Source: Thermoplasmata archaeon
Lineage (GTDB): Archaea > Thermoplasmatota > UBA186 > UBA287
Direction of reading: 5' to 3'
NCBI GenBank assembly: GCA_011620765.1
Contig: WOYO01000005.1
Coordinates: 1-35,905 of the forward strand
DNA length: 35,905 bases
Shown: piece after piece, positions 18,095 through 26,999 of the stretch
How the letters are laid out: each line of letters starts with the position of its first letter
How positions within the stretch are numbered: position 1 is the first letter of the stretch
Notes under the pieces: generated by a model
The model's input: only the letters and a program-made list of their open reading frames with translations
Databases searched by the model: none
Told to the model about the DNA's origin: nothing
Position numbers and translations under genes: made by a program

Positions 18095-18602
18095 TTATGA
18101 TCCCTTCAGAGTATCCTGCTTCAAATGCAGTCTTATTGAGTTCCACAAATCTCTTCGCTACTCCACTTTCTATAGCTTTCTCAAAGCTCTCTTTTTTGAT
18201 AATCTTGGTAACGCCGAGGAAGAAGCCTGTTATCACCATATTGGCAACTATCCTGTTGTGCAAGCTTTCAGCTATACCTGTAGCATCTATCCCATAGCCC
18301 TTTCTTTTAACCCCTGGCACAAGGGAAGAATCGTAAATAACAGGACCCCTTAATAGCGGTTCATTCAGCTCATAACCCTCCTTTGATAGGGCTATGAGGT
18401 AGTCTGCACTCTCAACAATAGGATAGTCTATTGGCTCATCGGATATCTTCAGGTTTGCCTTGCATGCTGAGCCTCTTGCCTCTGGCCCATAACTCTCCTG
18501 AAAAACGGCCTGCTTCCCCTCATATATTGTGGCCGCTCTACCAAGAAGGTAACCTGCAAGCATTATCCCCTGTCCGCCGAACCCTGCGATTATTATCTCC
18601 AT
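18081..18602 (-). CDS. korC: 2-oxoacid:ferredoxin oxidoreductase gamma subunit
   Basis: AGFGGQG, SYGPEARG, ANMV, LNKTAF. Confidence 0.9.
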   Translation of the reverse strand: MEIIIAGFGGQGIMLAGYLLGRAATIYEGKQAVFQESYGPEARGSACKANLKISDEPIDYPIVESADYLIALSKEGYELNEPLLRGPVIYDSSLVPGVKRKGYGIDATGIAESLHNRIVANMVITGFFLGVTKIIKKESFEKAIESGVAKRFVELNKTAFEAGYSEGIINAEK

Positions 18603-19390
18603 TGTTTCACTTCCTCAAGGTATGACCTCTTTTCCTTCTCCACAAACTTGCCTACAACAATCTTTTCCCCGATATCAGTATCCTCTAAATCTGGAAAATT
18701 CTTAACCTCACTCCTTGCTTTCATATCCTTTAGCATTTCTAACCCATCCGCAAAACCGTTTCTTCTACCGAAGGTTGTGGGACACATAGATATTACCTCT
18801 ATGAAAGAGAAGCCCTTCCATTCCAGCGCTTCTCTCATGCTCTTTGTGAGCTCTTTTGTGTGCGCCGTGGTCCACCTTGCCACATAGGTTGCCCCACTGG
18901 CAGCTGCCATATATGAAAAATTAAAGGGGTGCTCATAATTGCCATAGGGCGTTGTTGTTGTTTTAGCCCGTAACGGGGTGCTGGGTGCGACCTGCCCTCC
19001 TGTCATGCCGTATATGGCGTTGTTTATGCAAATAACATTGAGCTCGATGTTTCTTCGCGCTGCATGAATGAAGTGATTACCCCCTATCGCAAATATGTCT
19101 CCGTCTCCACCCCACACAGTTACTGTGAGCTCTGGATTTGCCACCTTCAAGCCTATAGCAAAAGGTATTCCCCTTCCATGTGTCACATGAAAAGAGTCCA
19201 CAGCCACATAGCCAGCTGCTCTCCCGCTGCATCCTATACCGCTCACAAATGCAACCTTATCAAGATCCATGCCAGAGAGAGCTCTGAGATAGCAGCCAAG
19301 ATCTGTACCAAGACCGCAACCCGGGCACCAGATGTGCGGCATGCGATCAGAGCGCAGTAACTGCTCCAGCGGATGCTCTTGCGGCACCAT
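18593..19390 (-). CDS. korB: 2-oxoacid:ferredoxin oxidoreductase beta subunit (TPP-binding)
   Basis: WCPGCG, SGIGC, HGR, GDGD..IGGNH, NNAIYGMTGGQ, CPT. Confidence 0.92.
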   Translation of the reverse strand: MVPQEHPLEQLLRSDRMPHIWCPGCGLGTDLGCYLRALSGMDLDKVAFVSGIGCSGRAAGYVAVDSFHVTHGRGIPFAIGLKVANPELTVTVWGGDGDIFAIGGNHFIHAARRNIELNVICINNAIYGMTGGQVAPSTPLRAKTTTTPYGNYEHPFNFSYMAAASGATYVARWTTAHTKELTKSMREALEWKGFSFIEVISMCPTTFGRRNGFADGLEMLKDMKARSEVKNFPDLEDTDIGEKIVVGKFVEKEKRSYLEEVKQWR

Positions 19391-20484
19391 CAAAACACCT
19401 CCATAACTTTTAATATATCATCAGGCCTGTGAAGCTCCCCACCATAGCCTCCTAGAAGCTTTGTGTTTCTGTTCCAGCACTTCGCATCTGAGTAAAACTG
19501 CCCTGAATTCAGTTCAACCACAAGAACCTTTTTCATATCCTTAACATAATCCTCAAAGTTGCCCAGGGGCCACAGCACCTTTGGTCTCAGAAGCCCTGCC
19601 TTTATGCCCTTTTCTCTAGCCATTTTTACTGCCTTCTTTGCACTCCCTGCCTCAGAACCGTAAGCAATCACACACATATCAGCATCATCCAGCATAAAAA
19701 ATTCAGCGTCAACTATCTCCCCCTTTCTCTTCTCAACCTTATCAACTAACCTCGTGACAAGTGCCTGCTGAACTTCAGCAGAGGTAACTGGATAGCCTTT
19801 TTCATTATGTGTCAAACCCGTTACATGGAATCTATAGCCTTCACCGGCAACAGCCATAGGCGGGATAAGATCTTCATCCGCTTTAAAAGGGAGACACTCT
19901 GAGCTCCCGGGCTTCTTCCTATTCTCTATATCGACCTTTTCTCTGAGGTCCACGCCGCTAGTTATGTGTCCGCAGACCTCATCGCTTAGCACAATTACTG
20001 GCGTTCGGAAGCGCTCTGAAAGATTGAAAGCTCTTATGGTGAGATCATACATTTCCTGGGCATTGGCGGGGGCTAAAACTATCGTTCTGTAGTCTCCATG
20101 CGATCCAAACCTGCTCTGCATCACGTCTCCCTGGGCTACAAGTGTCGGAAGACCTGTGCTTGGCCCTGCACGCTGGACATCAACGATGACACAGGGTGTT
20201 TCTGTCATGGCTGCAAGTCCTATAGACTCCTGCATCAGCGAAAAGCCGGGGCCGCTTGTGGCCGTCATTGCTTTTTTTCCGGCCCATGACGCACCTAAAA
20301 CGCACATTATGCTGGCGAGCTCGTCTTCCATCTGCATAAATGCACCTCCAACCTGTGGAAGGCGCAATGCCATGCGCTCAGCTATCTCTGTCGATGGAGT
20401 TATGGGATACCCCCCAAAAAATCTGCAGCCTGCAGCTATTGCTCCTTCTGCGCATGCAACATCCCCATTAATAAACTCAAGCAT
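19390..20484 (-). CDS. korA: 2-oxoacid:ferredoxin oxidoreductase alpha subunit
   Basis: GYPITPSTE, QMEDE, TATSGPGFSLMQE, QRAGPSTGLPT; GAGGGG SD before ATG 20484. Confidence 0.93.
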   Translation of the reverse strand: MLEFINGDVACAEGAIAAGCRFFGGYPITPSTEIAERMALRLPQVGGAFMQMEDELASIMCVLGASWAGKKAMTATSGPGFSLMQESIGLAAMTETPCVIVDVQRAGPSTGLPTLVAQGDVMQSRFGSHGDYRTIVLAPANAQEMYDLTIRAFNLSERFRTPVIVLSDEVCGHITSGVDLREKVDIENRKKPGSSECLPFKADEDLIPPMAVAGEGYRFHVTGLTHNEKGYPVTSAEVQQALVTRLVDKVEKRKGEIVDAEFFMLDDADMCVIAYGSEAGSAKKAVKMAREKGIKAGLLRPKVLWPLGNFEDYVKDMKKVLVVELNSGQFYSDAKCWNRNTKLLGGYGGELHRPDDILKVMEVF

Positions 20485-20731
20485 TTTTACCCCTCTCCTT
20501 AGATCTATACCTGTAGATCGCAAAATCAGGACATATCTCTGTGCAGATATCACACATTATGCAACCCTCAACATCATAGAGCTCTGGCGGATGATAACCT
20601 TTTGCGTTCATCACTTCGCTCTGTCGCAGAACCTTTTTTGGACAGAGGTCTATGCAAAAACCACAACCCTTGCATCGCTCTTCCTTCAAAAAAAGAAAAC
20701 CCCTCTGATTCTGCCAGCTCTTCATGCTCAT
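20477..20731 (-). CDS. korD: 2-oxoacid:ferredoxin oxidoreductase delta subunit (2x[4Fe-4S] ferredoxin)
   Basis: CKGCGFCIDLCP and CIMCDICTEICPDFAI, NAKGYHPP. Confidence 0.9.
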   Translation of the reverse strand: MSMKSWQNQRGFLFLKEERCKGCGFCIDLCPKKVLRQSEVMNAKGYHPPELYDVEGCIMCDICTEICPDFAIYRYRSKERGKNA

Positions 20732-20817
20732 TATTGTGTAATCTTCTCGCTCTCCAATAAACTTTACGATTTAAAGAATGAAACAAAACAAGAACAACGC
20801 CCTTAGGGCAAATTTAG

Positions 20818-21210
20818 ATGGCCCATACTCGATCGATCCCGGAACAGGTGATCTCAATACCAAGGGGGCAACCGGCTGAGATGGGGGATGCCTGCATCTA
20901 TCTGGCACAGACTCTTTTGTCCTGCCCCAACTATCTTACATTGATGCTCTGCTGCGGCATCTGCTCTGCCCTGCCTCTGCAAATATGCTGTTTTCCTTTA
21001 TCCTCGGCGCTTTTCTGCTGTGGAGTTATGCTTCAGCTCTTCGAGTTCCTGTGCTTTGAGCTCCCTGTGATAATAGCCAGAGCACTCATACAGATATCAC
21101 AGATCATGCTTTTAGAGATAGAACTCTGCTTTGAGGCGCCAATCATGTGCCCTGAGGATCTGGCTGTTATGTTAAGGGATCTGCCTGAGCTCTGCAGCGC
21201 AATCCGCTAG
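20818..21210 (+). CDS. Hypothetical hydrophobic Cys-rich protein (13 Cys in 130 aa)
   Basis: Only long ORF filling the gap between korD and the SSS operon; its stop shares CTAG with the convergent microprotein gene; start may be 20881. Confidence 0.5.
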   Translation: MAHTRSIPEQVISIPRGQPAEMGDACIYLAQTLLSCPNYLTLMLCCGICSALPLQICCFPLSSALFCCGVMLQLFEFLCFELPVIIARALIQISQIMLLEIELCFEAPIMCPEDLAVMLRDLPELCSAIR

Positions 21211-21353
21211 CGCGCATACCTTCTATACACATAGAAAACCACAATCATTGTGGCTACTAGAGAAAGGAGTGGTATCACAATCCCCATCCAGCTCGGGCCC
21301 AACGGTGTGTGCTCGTATGGTGGCAAAGAAAGTTCCTGAAGCAGCGCGATCAT
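21207..21353 (-). CDS. Unannotated 48-aa single-TM microprotein (MIALLQELSLPPYEHTPLGPSWMGIVIPLLSLVATMIVVFYVYRRYAR)
   Basis: AGGAGG SD, ATGA overlap with the upstream small ORF, TM helix followed by RRYAR (positive-inside). Confidence 0.72.
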   Translation of the reverse strand: MIALLQELSLPPYEHTPLGPSWMGIVIPLLSLVATMIVVFYVYRRYAR

Positions 21354-21469
21354 TTTTTCCTCCTTTTATAAGAAAAATACGCCAGACCCATCCCTATAAA
21401 GGAAGCGATATATCCAATGGTAAGACCAACCATTCCCATAAACTCCTGTTGGGTCACAAAAAGCGCCAT
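21350..21469 (-). CDS. Unannotated 39-aa single-TM microprotein (MALFVTQQEFMGMVGLTIGYIASFIGMGLAYFSYKRRKK)
   Basis: GGAGG SD, ATGATG overlap with the stop of the 114-aa gene, TM helix followed by KRRKK. Confidence 0.72.
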   Translation of the reverse strand: MALFVTQQEFMGMVGLTIGYIASFIGMGLAYFSYKRRKK

Positions 21470-21813
21470 CATTTTTTTGCCTCCTCCAGTTCCTTCATCT
21501 CTTCCTCAAGTTTTTTTGTTTCCTCTTCAGTTAAAGACCAGCGCTGTGAATCATGCAGAAGCTTCAAATAGTGCAGCTGTCTCTTCTCGAAGGTTTCAGA
21601 TTGCACTTTCAGCTTTGGATCTATTATGTAAAACGTCAGAAAGGTGCTGACAGCAGCAACAGCTATGAGAACAAAGCCGATAGGCTCGAGCATTATAGCC
21701 CAATAGATGCCCAGAGCCCATGCAAAGTAGCTGATCGCTGAGAAAAAGCCTGCAAGATAATCCTCCTTTGTCCATGCATCGCAATCCTCTTCACTCCATT
21801 CTCTCTTTATCAT
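21469..21813 (-). CDS. Small two-TM membrane protein, SSS-associated
   Basis: AGGAGG SD, starts 2 nt after the SSS stop; WTKED, two TM helices, IIDPKL, charged coiled-coil tail. Confidence 0.78.
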   Translation of the reverse strand: MIKREWSEEDCDAWTKEDYLAGFFSAISYFAWALGIYWAIMLEPIGFVLIAVAAVSTFLTFYIIDPKLKVQSETFEKRQLHYLKLLHDSQRWSLTEEETKKLEEEMKELEEAKK

Positions 21814-21815
21814 AT

Positions 21816-23411
21816 TTATTCCTCCTTTATGAGACCTCTTCTAATGGCCTCTTTTCTCACAGGTCCCCAGAAGCCTGGTGGTCTTGTCATTGTATAGAAT
21901 GTAACCAGATGGTCCATGTCCTCAGGCTTTGTTAAGAATGTAACTGGTAGATACATAAGGGCGCTTATTATCATCATGAGCCAGAAGCGCACAGCATCGT
22001 TGTACACAGGTATTACGCCAAGGGCAGGCAGCACCCAGGCAATGAGCCACGAAACGCCAAGGTTAACAATCATTGCCGTTAGATATCCCCATCCATTGAA
22101 CCTCCACCATAGCACCTGCAGAAGCTGTGGGAGCCAGATAGCAGAGCTCAAAAACCACATAGCGAATATTAGCCAGCCAACAAAGTCCTCTCCAACCATC
22201 AAGCCGAAAACAAAGGAGCCCAGCATTATCAGAATCGTTGCTATTCTACCAACACGCACAAGCTGCTTCTCGCTCGCATTCGGATTTATGTAATGGTGGT
22301 AGATATCTCTTGTAGCATACTCTGCGCCAAGGTTTATGTGCGTATCTATCGTAGATATGTGTATCGCTAGTATCCCGGCAAAAAAGAACCCTATAAGTCC
22401 GGAGGGCAAAAATTTGAAACCGATCCAGTAAAAGCCCATGTCATAGCCTGATGTGGGATCGGTTATGCTGAGAAGAGGCAGCAGGACGAAGAAAGCGAGA
22501 ATCATAGCAACCCATATGGAGTTTCTTATGATTATCAACATTCCTCCTCCCCATATGCTATATGAAGCGTCCCTCACGCTCTTGGTTGATGCAGCCCTCT
22601 GAGCATCAGGATAGTAATCTATATGAGTTCCCATACCTAGACCGCCGAAAACAAGGATAATTATCATTGTTATCAGCCAGAAGAGAGAGAAGTTGTTGGG
22701 ATCCGTTGCATCAAATGCATCAAAATGGAAGGGATTCAGACGCCAGCTCTCCCCCGTAGCAGCCAGTGAGGCTTTTATTCCTTCTATGCCGCCTGCACCA
22801 GCTATCCCATAGGCCGCTACTAAAACTATAAGGATGAACATTATTGTTCCCTGCTGAAGGTCTCCCACAACAACTCCCCAGTAACCTGCAACCATCGAGT
22901 ATATTCCAATAACGAGAGTAAAGACTACCATCCCCATCCACAGAGGCCAGTCAAAGACCATGTTGCATACTTTACCCATTGCTATGCCAACCCAGCCGAG
23001 AACAAACATCTGCATAAACACCTGCCAGCCCGCAAGCCAGCCGCGCAGGAGCTCAGCCGGCAAACCAGCAAAACGAAGGGTTTGATACTCTGCCTGCGTA
23101 TAAGCTAAAGAGCGTTTAAAGACCTTTATACTGAAAAAAGCGCTCAAAGCGCACCAGCCCATTGTAAATAGATACCAGATGCCTCTCGCTCCATGCCTGT
23201 ATAGGGTCCCTCCCATCCATATTGGAGTGTCTGTTGCTGTATGCGTTCCATAAACCGAAACAGCAGGCATCCACCAGGGAAGGCCCCTTCCTGCAAGGAA
23301 AAAATTCTCCTGTGATCTGCTGGCTATCCTTGTGAAAAGGAAGCCGAAGGAGAAAAACCACACTATATACACGAAAACCCATACCCAGTCAAGCGAACTG
23401 AATGGTACCAT
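21816..23411 (-). CDS. Sodium:solute symporter (SSS/SLC5 family)
   Basis: FFLAGRGLPWW, GYWGVVVGDLQQ, AQR, LPSGLIG..ISTIDT, DIYHHY..ASEKQLVRVGR, WWRFNGWG; many TM helices. Confidence 0.92.
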   Translation of the reverse strand: MVPFSSLDWVWVFVYIVWFFSFGFLFTRIASRSQENFFLAGRGLPWWMPAVSVYGTHTATDTPIWMGGTLYRHGARGIWYLFTMGWCALSAFFSIKVFKRSLAYTQAEYQTLRFAGLPAELLRGWLAGWQVFMQMFVLGWVGIAMGKVCNMVFDWPLWMGMVVFTLVIGIYSMVAGYWGVVVGDLQQGTIMFILIVLVAAYGIAGAGGIEGIKASLAATGESWRLNPFHFDAFDATDPNNFSLFWLITMIIILVFGGLGMGTHIDYYPDAQRAASTKSVRDASYSIWGGGMLIIIRNSIWVAMILAFFVLLPLLSITDPTSGYDMGFYWIGFKFLPSGLIGFFFAGILAIHISTIDTHINLGAEYATRDIYHHYINPNASEKQLVRVGRIATILIMLGSFVFGLMVGEDFVGWLIFAMWFLSSAIWLPQLLQVLWWRFNGWGYLTAMIVNLGVSWLIAWVLPALGVIPVYNDAVRFWLMMIISALMYLPVTFLTKPEDMDHLVTFYTMTRPPGFWGPVRKEAIRRGLIKEE

Positions 23412-23739
23412 TTATTCACCCTCGATTATAATTACCTTTTTTCTATATTAAGGTTTTTATCTTTCTTTCCTGTTTTGTTTCTGCATGCACTTTGCCCTCT
23501 TATAGTCACAGAGATCTAAAAAAAGATTCAGCAAAATAAAAATTCTCATATATGCCCCCAGGTTCTAAAAAGATATGAGCCTCTGTACATCCATCAGCGA
23601 TCCATATACTATCCTCTATGATCCAGGTTGTGAGAGCCAGACAATCGGCAGAACAATAGCTTAAGCATACCCGAGGAGCAGAGCTGTCTTGGTATATAGA
23701 AAGCTAGTAGTTTTATTCTCAAGTCAGTATAGCTCTCTT

Positions 23740-24165
23740 TTATCCCGTCTTATATTCCAAAAGTTTTTCCTTAACTGCAGGATACTTCAAAGAAAGGATC
23801 TCTGCAGCGAATATAGCAGCATTATCACCCCTGTCCAACCCCATTGTTGCAACTGGAACACCTGAAGGCATCTGAACCATTGATAGAATAGAATCTAAAG
23901 ACAGCTTACCGCTCACAGGCACGCCTATAACGGGCTTTTCAGTTAGAGATGCTATAAAACCCGGTAAAGCAGCAGATAAACCAGCTATCGCTATAAATAC
24001 TTCAACATCCTCAAGCTCTTTTACGCGCTCCTCAAGTTTATTGTGTGATCTGTGCGCTGAGATGAAATCTGTAGAGTAATCTATATCAAAACGCTCAAGC
24101 ATTTGCTTTGCTTTCTCAACCACGCTTTCGTCGCTTCTGCTTCCTGCTATTATCGCTACCTTCAT
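23740..24165 (-). CDS. purE: N5-carboxyaminoimidazole ribonucleotide mutase / AIR carboxylase
   Basis: AGSRSD, SAHR, AGLSAALPG, PVIGVP, SMVQMPSGVPVAT. Confidence 0.95.
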   Translation of the reverse strand: MKVAIIAGSRSDESVVEKAKQMLERFDIDYSTDFISAHRSHNKLEERVKELEDVEVFIAIAGLSAALPGFIASLTEKPVIGVPVSGKLSLDSILSMVQMPSGVPVATMGLDRGDNAAIFAAEILSLKYPAVKEKLLEYKTG

Positions 24166-24802
24166 CAAAGCGTAAAAGCGTTGTGTATTTATATATGCTT
24201 TTTCCGTCCTTTACTGTGTGCAGCTTTTTGCTCTCTTTTTTCTCAGCACTCTTTAAAGCAATAAGCTTTTTCACAGCCTCTTTTTCCTCTGATAGAGAAG
24301 GAAAATAGAGATCTATACCACCCTTAACATCCTCTGCATAAGCCTCTGTTATATAATCCTCCCATCCATCCGGTATTTTACCTCTAAGCTGAAGCTTTGC
24401 TTCATAGTAGCCACCATGTTTTTTTCCACATGAAGGGCATAAAGCGTGTTTTACCTTAACCTCTATCTTTTTCTCCCTTTTTATTTCAATTCCAAAAGCG
24501 TTCAGTATCACAGAAACCTCAAATAACTGAAGATAAGGATCTCCTTTTATGTTTTTTACATCGATTTCCTTAAGGCGCGCGCTCTTTTCAAGAGTAAGAT
24601 TCTCCAGAATGGCGTTCTTTAAAGGATCTTTATCCTCTTCCTGCACCCACAAATTCCCTTTTTTCCTGGCTCCGCAATCTCTGCATATTTCCAGAGTTAT
24701 CGTCTCAGGCAATTTTACTTCTATATGCTTTGATGCGCATTCTGCACATAAACCATCAAAGAGCTCTTCTGTCTCTTTCCCGCATTCAACGCAAAACCTC
24801 AT
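24116..24802 (-). CDS. nmd3: Archaeal NMD3 family protein (large ribosomal subunit maturation)
   Basis: FCVECG, LCAEC, CRDCG, CPSC, GGYYEAKLQLRG, GGIDLY. Confidence 0.88.
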   Translation of the reverse strand: MRFCVECGKETEELFDGLCAECASKHIEVKLPETITLEICRDCGARKKGNLWVQEEDKDPLKNAILENLTLEKSARLKEIDVKNIKGDPYLQLFEVSVILNAFGIEIKREKKIEVKVKHALCPSCGKKHGGYYEAKLQLRGKIPDGWEDYITEAYAEDVKGGIDLYFPSLSEEKEAVKKLIALKSAEKKESKKLHTVKDGKSIYKYTTLLRFDEGSDNSRKQKRRKRG

Positions 24803-25092
24803 AACCTCACCATCTGCGCATGAGGGATCTTTTCTATATATATTACATTATTCTTATCAATCACTCCGCATTTTATAGCACAGTCTACTGTTTTTTCCCC
24901 AACCAGGTTTGCTATTGTCGCCTCTTCGAGAGCTTTTGAAAGCTCTTTGCAATTGGCGGGATTACCTTTGTAAAAAGATTCTTTGATCTCAATCTTAAGC
25001 TTTCCTTCTCTGAAGGTTTGGCCTAGCAGCTCCTCATCGCATGCAGCTACCAGTGTTTCATTACCTAAAGCTGTTATTTTTAGTGTTATCAT
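24799..25092 (-). CDS. DUF424 family protein
   Basis: LVAACDEELLG, FYKG, ATIANLVG, IPHAQ; ATGA overlap with NMD3. Confidence 0.88.
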   Translation of the reverse strand: MITLKITALGNETLVAACDEELLGQTFREGKLKIEIKESFYKGNPANCKELSKALEEATIANLVGEKTVDCAIKCGVIDKNNVIYIEKIPHAQMVRL

Positions 25093-25348
25093 CTGTTTGC
25101 CTTTCTCCAGTTGTATTATATCTAATTGATTTAATGTTTCTTATAGTCTTCTTTGTCTGCATCTTATTTTTGTTAAACATATATTTAAGATCTTTACCAG
25201 AACCCCTTTGTTTCAACTGGAACTTTTTGATTCTATTGTAGTAATAAAAAGTTATAATATAAAAAAGTTTCGATTTGATTCAATAGATATCTAGAATATC
25301 TCCAGTAGAAATGAGGGGGTAGGAAGGTACAACACACATCTACAATTA

Positions 25349-25356
25349 TTTATAAA
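25349..25356 (+). promoter_or_regulatory. Putative TATA box (TTTATAAA) for lysS
   Basis: Canonical TATA beginning 30 nt upstream of ATG 25379. Confidence 0.55.
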
Positions 25357-25378
25357 AACAAACAACCTATTCTGGTAT

Positions 25379-26935
25379 ATGCACTGGATAGATGTCATAG
25401 CAAACAAACTTTTAGAGAAAAAAAATGTTATAGCAAGCGGAACATCGATCTCAGGAATGATTCATATAGGAAACCTTACAGACGTTGTGATAGCTGAGGG
25501 CATTCATAGAGCTATAATCGAAAAAGAAGGAAATAGCAAATTACTATGGATAATGGATGATATGGATCCATTACGCAAAGTACCTCCACAACTGCCCAAA
25601 GAGTACAAACAATATATGGGCCACCCAGTATCTTCACTAGCGTGGAGCCCTAATGAGAGCTTTGTTGAGCACTCTACAAAAAGCTTTTTAAAAGCAATGG
25701 AAAAAATAGGCATTAAGCCAGAGGTGATTTCAGGTGCAGACATGTATAAAAAGGGGCTTTATGATGATATGATAAAAATATCTCTTAAAAAAGCATCAGA
25801 GATAAGAAAGATATTTGCAGAGGTCTCCGGATCTAAAAGAAGTGAGAGCTGGTTACCATTTAATCCCATATGTGAAAATTGTGGTAAGATAGCTACTACA
25901 GAGGCTATTGGTTTTGAAGATGACTATGTATATTATAGATGCATAGAAGGTGTTGCAGGAAAACAGAAAATAAAAGGGTGTGGTTATGAGGGTAAAACAA
26001 GCATAAGGAACGGGAAGCTTACATGGCGTGTGGAATGGGCCGCAAGGTGGAAAATCCTTGGAGTAACATGTGAGCCCTTCGGTAAAGAGCATGCAGCAGC
26101 GGGAGGCTCTTATGATACAAGCAAAAGGATAAGTGAAGAAATATTCGGCTATCCAGCGCCCTACCCTGTTGTTTATGAGCACATAATGGTAGAGGGAAAG
26201 AAGATGAGCAAGTCTCTGGGCAATATAATAACACTCGAAGAGCTTTTAGAGATCCTTCCACCAGAGGTCATAAGATTTTTCTTCTTCAGGGTAAAGCCCA
26301 CAACCCACAAGGACTTCAACATAGATCGAGAAATACTGCAATTGATGCGAGAATATGAACACGTTGAGCGCTTATACTACGGAATAGAAAAGCCGTCTAA
26401 GGGAGAGGATATAGAAGATCTGAAAAGAATGTATGAGCTCTCTCAGGTAGATTGGCCCACATCTAAACACATATCTCAGGTGCCTTATGCACACCTAACA
26501 ACTCTCGTGCAGATAAGCAGCGATGAAAGCGATGTGTTTAGAATGCTTGAGAAGAGCGGATATGAATTGAATGAAGAGGTAAAGAAAAGAGTCAGAGAGC
26601 TTTTGCCCCTGATTAAGAATTTTCTCAGGATGAAAGGTTCGGAACCCATAAGGTTCACGATAAAAAAAGAGCTTGAAGACGAAGAGAAGGAGAGCTTTAA
26701 GCCCTTTAAAGAATGCCTGAATGATATTGCTGAGTTTTTTACTGAAGCAAAAGATGAGGATCAGCTAACAAATTATATTTATGAATGCGCAAAGAAGCAT
26801 GGTTTTAAACCAAAAGAGCTATTTAATGCAATCTACTCTCTGTTCCTTGGAAAAGGCTCAGGCCCCAGAGTCGGGACTCTTCTACTCGCACTAGATACAG
26901 ATTTCGTTCTCAGGAGATTAAAATTGGAAGGATAA
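25379..26935 (+). CDS. lysS: Lysine-tRNA ligase, class I
   Basis: MHW, SGMIHIGN, DDMDPLRKVP, CENCG, KLTWRVEWAARW, EPFGKEH, KMSKS, GPRVG. Confidence 0.96.
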   Translation: MHWIDVIANKLLEKKNVIASGTSISGMIHIGNLTDVVIAEGIHRAIIEKEGNSKLLWIMDDMDPLRKVPPQLPKEYKQYMGHPVSSLAWSPNESFVEHSTKSFLKAMEKIGIKPEVISGADMYKKGLYDDMIKISLKKASEIRKIFAEVSGSKRSESWLPFNPICENCGKIATTEAIGFEDDYVYYRCIEGVAGKQKIKGCGYEGKTSIRNGKLTWRVEWAARWKILGVTCEPFGKEHAAAGGSYDTSKRISEEIFGYPAPYPVVYEHIMVEGKKMSKSLGNIITLEELLEILPPEVIRFFFFRVKPTTHKDFNIDREILQLMREYEHVERLYYGIEKPSKGEDIEDLKRMYELSQVDWPTSKHISQVPYAHLTTLVQISSDESDVFRMLEKSGYELNEEVKKRVRELLPLIKNFLRMKGSEPIRFTIKKELEDEEKESFKPFKECLNDIAEFFTEAKDEDQLTNYIYECAKKHGFKPKELFNAIYSLFLGKGSGPRVGTLLLALDTDFVLRRLKLEG

Positions 26936-26999
26936 CCAAAGGTATATCCTGCAGTATAGAGCATAGAAAGTTAAAAATAAAAACAACATAATTACTTGT

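Noticed and set aside
20156-20806. 216-aa plus-strand ORF
   Set aside because: Antisense to the well-supported korA and korD; no motifs.
21248-21650. Plus-strand ORFs of 107 and 77 aa
   Set aside because: Antisense to the SD-led small membrane protein genes, which explain the region better.
23412-23739. Roughly 330-nt gap with an open minus-strand stretch of about 60 codons
   Set aside because: No clear start codon or family motif and no tRNA-like fold; the proximal part is the SSS promoter region.
25093-25378. AT-rich gap with short Lys/Asn-rich frames
   Set aside because: Best explained as the divergent promoter region of DUF424 and lysS.
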